Shown here piece by piece: positions 56,401-64,000 of a DNA stretch of 64,000 nt. Both the position numbers and the translations under genes were made by a program. Under the pieces are notes generated by a model that saw only the letters and a program-made list of their open reading frames with translations, did not search any database and was not told where the DNA came from. Positions within the stretch are counted from its first letter, which is position 1, and each line of letters opens with the position of its first letter. The stretch is taken from NCBI GenBank assembly GCA_964016885.1, contig OZ024744.1:115382001-115446000 (forward strand), written 5' to 3'. The DNA is from Eledone cirrhosa. Its lineage: Eukaryota.

Positions 56401-59400
56401 CATGCTAGCTTCATGTCTCTCTCGTCTCTATATAACCTCTACATTAACTACCCATGTCTCACTACCATGTAATATTACATCACAGGGCCATTGAAACATG
56501 CTAGCTTCATGTCTCTCCAGTCTCTATATAACCTCTACATTAACTACCCATGTCTCACTACCATGTAACATTACATCACAGGGCCATTGAAACATGCTAG
56601 CTTCATTTCTCTCCAATCTCTATATAACCTCTACATTAACTACCCATGTCTCACTACCATGTAACATTACATCACAGGGCCATTGAAACATGTTAGCTTC
56701 ATTTCTCTCCAATCTCTCTATAACCTCTACATTAACTACCCATGTCTCACTACCATGTAACATTAAGTTACAGATCCATTGAAACATGCTAGCTTCATTT
56801 CTCTCCAGTCTCTATATAACCTCTACATTAACTACCCATGTCTCACTACCATGTAACATTACATCAGATGTCCATTGAAACATGTTAGCTTCATTTCTCT
56901 CAAGTCTCTATATAACCTCTACATTAACTACCCATGTCTCACTATCATGTAACATTACATCAGATGTCCATTGAAACATGCTAGCTTCATGTCTCTCCAG
57001 TCTCTATATAACCTCTACATTAACTACCCATGTCTCACTACCATGTAACACTACATCAGATGTCCATTGAAACATGCTAGCTTCATTTCTCTCCAGTCTC
57101 TATATAACCTCTATATTAACTACCCATGTCTCACTACCATGTAACACTACATCGGATGACCATGTAACATGCTAGCTTCATTTCTCTCCAGTCTCTATAT
57201 AACCTCTACATTAACTACCCATGTCTCACTACCATGTAACACTACATCAGATGTCCATTGAAACATGCTAGCTTCATGTCTCTCCAGTCTCTATATAACC
57301 TCTACATTAACTACCCATGTCTGACTACCATGTAACATTACATCAGATGTCCATTGAAACATGCTAGCTTCACTTCTCTCCAGTCTCTATATAACCTCTA
57401 CATTAACTACCCATGTCTCACTACCATGTAACATTACATCAGATGTCCATTGAAACATGCTAGCTTCATTTCTCTCCAGTCTCTATATAACCTCTACATT
57501 AACTACCCATGTCTCACTACCATGTAACACTACATCGGATGACCATGTAACATGCTAGATTCATGTCTCTCCAGTCTCTATATAACCTCTACATTAACTA
57601 CCCATGTCTCACTACCATGTAACACTACATCAGATGTCCATTGAAACATGCTAGCCTCATTTCTCTCCAGTCTCTATATAACCTCTACATTAACTACCCA
57701 TGTCTCACTACCATGTAACATTACATCAGATGTCCATTGAAACATGCTAGCTTCATTTCTCTCCAGTCTCTACATAACCTCTACATTAACTACCCATGAC
57801 TCACTACCATGTAACATTACATCAGATGTCCATTGAAACATGTTAGCTTCATTTCTCTCAAGTCTCTATATAACCTCTACATTAACTACCCATGTCTCAC
57901 TATCATGTAACATTACATCAGATGTCCATTGAAACATGCTAGCTTCATGTCTCTCCAGTCTCTATATAACCTCTACATTAACTACCCATGTCTCACTACC
58001 ATGTAACATTACATCAAATGTCCATTGAAACATGTTAGCTTCATTTCTCTCCAGTCTCTATATAACCTCTACATTAACTACCCATGTCTCACTACCATGT
58101 AACATTACATCAGATGTCCATTGAAACATACTAGCTTCATGTCTCTCCAGTCTCTATATAACCTCTACGTTAACTACCATGTCTCACTACCATGTAACAT
58201 TACATCAGGTGTCCATTGAAACATGTTAGCTTCATTTCTCTCCGTCTTTATATAACCTCTACATTAACTAACCATGTCTCACTACCATGTAACATTACAT
58301 CAGATGTCCATTGAAACATGCTAGCTTCATGTCTCTCCAATCTCTATATAACCTCTACATTAACTACCCATGTCTCACTACCATGTAACATTACATCAGA
58401 TGTCCATTGAAACATAGTAGCTTCATTTCTCACCAGTCTCTATATAACCTCTACATTAACTACCCATGTCTCACTTCCATGTAACATTACATCACAGGGC
58501 CATTGAAACATGTTAGCTTCATTTCTCTCCAGGCTCTATATAACCTCTACATTAACTACCCATGTCTCACTACCATGTAACATTACATCACATGTCCATT
58601 GAAACATGCTAGCTTCATTTCTCTTCAGTCTCTATATAACCTCTACATTAACTACCCATGTCTCACTACCATGTAACACTACATCAGATGTCCATTGAAA
58701 TATGTTAGTTTCATTTCTCTCCATGCTCTATATAACCTCTACATTAACTACCAATGTATCACTACCATGTAACATTACATTACAGGGCCATTGAAACACG
58801 CTAGCTTCATTTCTCTCCAGTCTCTATATAACCTCTACAGTAACTACCCATGTCTCACTACCATGTAACATTACATCAGATGTCCATTGAAACATGCTAG
58901 CTTCATGTCTCTCCAGTCTCTATATAACCTCTACATTAACTACCCATGTCTCACTACCATGTAACATTACATCAGATGTCCATTGAAACATGCTAGCTTC
59001 ATGTCTCTCCAGTCTCTATATAACCTCTACATTAACTACCCATGTCTCACTACCATGTAACATTACATCAAATGTCCATTGAAACATGCTAGCTTCATTT
59101 CTCTCCAGTCTCTATATAACCTCTACAGTAACTACCCATGTCTCACTACCATGTAACATTACATCACAGGGCCATTGAAACACGCTAGCTTCATTTCTCA
59201 CCAGTCTCTATATAACCTCTACATTAACTACCCATGTCTCACTACCATGTAACATTACATCACAGGGCCATTGAAACATGCTAGCTTCATGTCTCTCCAG
59301 TCTCTATATAACCTCTACATTAACTACCCATGTCTCACTACCATGTAACATTACATCAGATGTCTATTGAAACACGCTAGCTTCATTTCTCCAGTCTCTA

Positions 59401-60550
59401 TATAACCTCTACATTAACTACCCATGTCTCACTACCATGTAACATTACATCAGATGTCTATTGAAACATGCTAGATTCATGTCTCTCCAGTCTCTATATA
59501 ACCTCTACATTAACTACCCATGTCTCACTACCATGTAACATTACATCAGATGTCCATTGAAACATGCTAGCTTCATGTCTCTCTCGTCTCTATATAACCT
59601 CTACATTAACTACCCATGTCTCACTACCATGTAATATTACATCACAGGGCCATTGAAACATGCTAGCTTCATGTCTCTCCAGTCTCTATATAACCTCTAC
59701 ATTAACTACCCATGTCTCACTACCATGTAACATTACATCACAGGGCCATTGAAACATGCTAGCTTCATTTCTCTCCAATCTCTATATAACCTCTACATTA
59801 ACTACCCATGTCTCACTACCATGTAACATTACATCACAGGGCCATTGAAACATGTTAGCTTCATTTCTCTCCAATCTCTCTATAACCTCTACATTAACTA
59901 CCCATGTCTCACTACCATGTAACATTAAGTTACAGATCCATTGAAACATGCTAGCTTCATTTCTCTCCAGTCTCTATATAACCTCTACATTAACTACCCA
60001 TGTCTCACTACCATGTAACATTACATCAGATGTCCATTGAAACATGTTAGCATCATTTCTCTCAAGTCTCTATATAACCTCTACATTAACTACCCATGTC
60101 TCACTATCGTGTAACATTACATCAGATGTCCATTGAAACATGCTAGCTTCATGTCTCTCCAGTCTCTATATAACCTCTACATTAACTACCCATGTCTCAC
60201 TACCATGTAACACTACATCAGATGTCCATTGAAACATGCTAGCTTCATTTCTCTCCAGTCTCTATATAACCTCTATATTAACTACCCATGTCTCACTACC
60301 ATGTAACACTACATCGGATGACCATGTAACATGCTAGCTTCATTTCTCTCCAGTCTCTATATAACCTCTACATTAACTACCCATGTCTCACTACCATGTA
60401 ACACTACATCAGATGTCCATTGAAACATGCTAGCTTCATGTCTCTCCAGTCTCTATATAACCTCTACATTAACTACCCATGTCTGACTACCATGTAACAT
60501 TACATCAGATGTCCATTGAAACATGCTAGCTTCACTTCTCTCCAGTCTCT
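50490..60550. repeat. Tandem triplet of higher-order units: 3449 bp (36-mer), 3449 bp and 3162 bp (33-mer)
   Basis: Markers cgttaac 51557/55006/58168, taagttacagatcc 53318/56767/59929, tctgactacc 53871/57320/60482 and catgg/catgc 52111/55560/58722. Confidence 0.92.
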
Positions 60551-60659
60551 ATATAACCTATACATTAACTACCCATGTCTCACTACCTTGTAACATTACA
60601 TCAGATGTCCATTGAAACATACTAGCTTCATGTCTCTCCAGTCTCTATATAACCTCTAC

Positions 60660-63600
60660 ATTAACTACCATGTCTCACTACCCTGTAACACTACATCAGA
60701 TGTCCATTGAAACATGCTAGCTTCATTTCTCTCCAGTCTCTATATAACCTCTATATTAACTACCCATGTCTCACTACCATGTAACACTACATCGGATGAC
60801 CATGTAACATGCTAGCTTCATTTCTCTCCAGTCTCTATATAACCTCTACATTAACTACCCATTTCTCAACACCATGTAATACTACATCAGATGTCCATTG
60901 AAACATGCTAGCTTCATGTCTCTCCAGTCTCTATATAACCTCTACATTAACTACCCATGTCTCATTACCATGTAACACTACATCAGATGTCCATTGAAAC
61001 ATGATAGCTTCATTTCTCTCCAGTCTCTATATAACCTATACATTAACTACCCATCTCTCACTACCATGTAACATTACATCAGATGTCCATTGAAACATAC
61101 TAGCTTCATGTCTCTCCAGTCTCTATATAACCTCTACATTAACTACCATGTCTCACTATCATGTAACATTACATCAGATGTCCATTGAAACATGCTAGCT
61201 TCATGTCTCTCCAGTCTCTATATAACCTCTACATTAACTACCCATGTCTCACTACCATGTAACATTACATCAGATGTCCATTGAAACATGCTAGCTTCTT
61301 GTCTCTCCAGTCTCTATATAACCTCTACATTAACTACCCATGTCTCACTACCATGTAACATTACATCAGATGTCCATTGAAACATGTTAGCTTCATTTCT
61401 TCAAGTCTCTATATAACCTCTACATTAACTACCCATGTCTCACTATCATGTAACATTACATCAGATGTCCATTGAAACATGCTAGCTTCATTTCTCTCCA
61501 GTCTCTATATAACCTCTACATTAACTACCCATGTCTCACTACCATGTAACACTACATCAGATGTCCATTGAAACATGCTAGCTTCATTTCTCTCCAGTCT
61601 CTATATAACCTCTATATTAACTACCCATGTCTCACTACCATGAAACACTACATCGGATGACCATGTAACATGCTAGCTTCATTTCTCTCCAGTCTCTATA
61701 TAACCTCTACATTAACTACCCATGTCTCATTACCATGTAACACTACATCAGATGTCCATTGAAACATGCTAGCTTCATTTCTCTCCAGTCTCTATATAAC
61801 CTATACATTAACTACCCATGTCTCACTACCATGTAACATTACATCAGATGTCCATTGAAACATACTAGCTTCATGTCTCTCCAGTCTCTATATAACCTCT
61901 ACATTAACTACCATGTCTCACTACCCTGTAACACTACATCAGATGTCCATTGAAACATGCTAGCTTCATTTCTCTCCAGTCTCTATATAACCTCTATATT
62001 AACTACCCATGTCTCACTACCATGTAACACTACATCGGATGACCATGTAACATGCTAGCTTCATTTCTCTCCAGTCTCTATATAACCTCTACATTAACTA
62101 CCCATGTCTCAACACCATGTAACACTACATCAGATGTCCATTGAAACATGCTAGCTTCATGTCTCTCCAGTCTCTATATAACCTCTACATTAACTACCCA
62201 TGTCTCATTACCATGTAACACTACATCAGATGTCCATTGAAACATGCTAGCTTCATTTCTCTCCAGTCTCTATATAACCTATACATTAACTACCCATGTC
62301 TCACTACCATGTAACATTACATCAGATGTCCATTGAAACATGCTAGCTTCATGTCTCTCCAGTCTCTATATAACCTCTACATTAACTACCATGTCTCACT
62401 ACCCTGTAACACTACATCAGATGTCCATTGAAACATGCTAGCTTCATTTCTCTCCAGTCTCTATATAACCTCTACATTAACTACTCATGTCTCACTACCA
62501 TGTAACACTACATCAGATGTCCATTGAAACATGTTAGCTTCATTTCTATCTTGTCTCTATATAACCTCTACATTAACTACCCATATCTCACTACCATGTA
62601 ACATTACAACAGATGTCCATCGTAACATGTTAGCTTCATATCTCTCCAGTCTCTGTATAACCTCTACATTAACTACCCATGTCTCACTACCATGTAACAT
62701 TACATTACATGGCCATTGAAACATGCTAGCTTCATGTCTCTTCAGCCTCTATATAACCTCTACATTAACTACCCATGTCTCACTACCATGTAACATTATA
62801 TCAGATGTCCATTGAAACATGCTACCTTCATTTCTCTCCAGTCTCTATATAACCTCTACATTAACTACCCAAGTCTCACTACCATGTAACATTACATCAG
62901 ATGTCCATTGAAACATGTTAGCTTCATGTCTCTCAAGTCTCTATATAACCTCTACATTAACTACCCATGTCTCACTACCATGTAACACTACATCAGATGT
63001 CCATTGAAACATGCTAGCTTCATTTCTCTCCAGTCTCTATATAACCTCTACATTAACTACCCATGTCTCACTACCATGTAACATTACATCAGATGTCCAT
63101 TGAAACATGTTAGCTTCATTTCTCTCAAGTCTCTATATAACCTCTACATTAACTACCCATGTCTCACTATCATGTAACATTACATCAGATGTCCATTGAA
63201 ACATGCTAGCTTCATGTCTCTCCAGTCTCTATATAACCTCTACATTAACTACCCATGTCTCACTACCATGTAACATTACATTAAATGTCCATTGAAACAT
63301 GTTAGCTTCATTTCTCTCCAGTCTCTATATAACCTCTACATTAACTACCCATGTCTCACTACCCTGTAACACTACATCAGATGTCCATTGAAACATGCTA
63401 GCTTCATTTCTCTCCAGTCTCTATATAACCTCTATATTAACTACCCATGTCTCACTACCATGTAACACTACATCGGATGACCATGTAACATGCTAGCTTC
63501 ATTTCTCTCCAGTCTCTATATAACCTCTACATTAACTACCCATTTCTCAACACCATGTAATACTACATTACATGGCCATTGAAACATGCTAGCTTCATGT

Positions 63601-64000
63601 CTCTCCAGTCTCTATATAACCTCTACATTAACTACCCATGTCTCATTACCATGTAACACTACATCAGATGTCCATTGAAACATGATAGCTTCATTTCTCT
63701 CCAGTCTCTATATAACCTATACATTAACTACCCATCTCTCACTACCATGTAACATTACATCAGATGTCCATTGAAACATACTAGCTTCATGTCTCTCCAG
63801 TCTCTATATAACCTCTACATTAACTACCATGTCTCACTATCATGTAACATTACATCAGATGTCCATTGAAACATGCTAGCTTCATGTCTCTCCAGTCTCT
63901 ATATAACCTCTACATTAACTACCCATGTCTCACTACCATGTAACATTACATCAGATGTCCATTGAAACATGCTAGCTTCTTGTCTCTCCAGTCTCTATAT
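60660..64000. repeat. Block at ~60660-61320 repeated 2681 bp (28 monomers) downstream at ~63340-64000
   Basis: atttctcaacaccatgtaatact 60861/63542, atgatagctt 61001/63682 and ccatctctca 61051/63732. Confidence 0.85.

Larger units (their letters stand above)
1..64000. repeat. Satellite DNA: head-to-tail tandem array of a 96-bp monomer (~667 copies), extending beyond both window ends
   Basis: ATAACCTCTACATTAAC recurs at 1, 97, 481, 961 and onward with a 96-bp period to the end of the window. Monomers differ by a few substitutions and 1-2 bp indels. No unique sequence or orientation switch was seen. Confidence 0.99.
1..64000 (-). mobile_element. Monomer derived from a 32-codon fragment of a non-LTR retrotransposon (LINE, probably RTE clade) ORF, just C-terminal of the RT core; non-functional amplified relic
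   Basis: Minus-strand translation MLHGSETWVV(N/T)VEVI(*/Q)RLERNEASMFQW(TSDV/PCNV) aligns without gaps to the LINE motif (L/M)L(Y/H)GSETW-x7-8-RLE-x2-E-x2-MLRW-x-(C)(G/N)V. Recognised by eye; no search was run. Confidence 0.8.

Noticed and set aside
3699-62719. Plus-strand ORFs (MLASxLSSLYITSTLTTHVSLPCN...)
   Set aside because: They arise wherever the TGA of cattgaaac is mutated in one or two monomers. They are antisense shadows of the repeat with no independent coding evidence.
1-64000. CRISPR array or other repeat-spacer system
   Set aside because: There are no unique spacers: the entire 96 bp is conserved with scattered substitutions, and no cas or other genes are present.
1-64000. TATATAA as promoter TATA boxes
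   Set aside because: The motif occurs once per monomer as part of the repeat, and there is no downstream gene.
1-64000. Tandem tRNA, 5S, snRNA or spliced-leader gene array
   Set aside because: I recognised no cloverleaf, A/B boxes, Sm site or poly-T terminator, and a LINE coding origin explains the monomer better.
1-64000. Variant patterns as programmed diversification or an information-storing code
   Set aside because: Variants recur in long collinear blocks explained by ordinary duplication. I saw no template/variable pair or adenine-specific mutagenesis as in diversity-generating retroelements.
1-64000. Inserted transposons or inversions within the array
   Set aside because: No non-monomer sequence or strand switch was seen on reading, although a very short insertion could have been missed by eye.

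Overview
The whole 64 kb is one uninterrupted head-to-tail tandem array (satellite DNA) of a 96-bp monomer, about 667 copies, all in one orientation and running off both ends of the window. Consensus (+): ATAACCTCTACATTAACTACCCATGTCTCACTACCATGTAACATTACATCAGATGTCCATTGAAACATGCTAGCTTCATTTCTCTCCAGTCTCTAT. It is about 37% GC, has 8 G versus 28 C, and contains no CpG. I see no genuine genes, RNA genes, CRISPR array or inserted element, and every ORF-track entry is a read-through of 2-3 monomers. The main observation is that the monomer is exactly 32 codons and reads on the minus strand as MLHGSETWVVNVEVI*RLERNEASMFQWTSDV. This matches the 'LYGSETW...RLE..E.RMLRW..GV' segment just C-terminal of the reverse-transcriptase core of non-LTR retrotransposons (most likely RTE clade), so the satellite appears to have arisen from a LINE coding fragment. 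The most LINE-like, stop-free monomers cluster in the more diverged left ~7 kb. Rare variants reveal nested, irregular higher-order duplications from 4 to ~78 monomers, including a near-identical 5943-bp tandem pair and a 3449/3162-bp triplet. Family and taxon assignments come from motif recognition, not a database search. I found no evidence of a novel multi-gene system.
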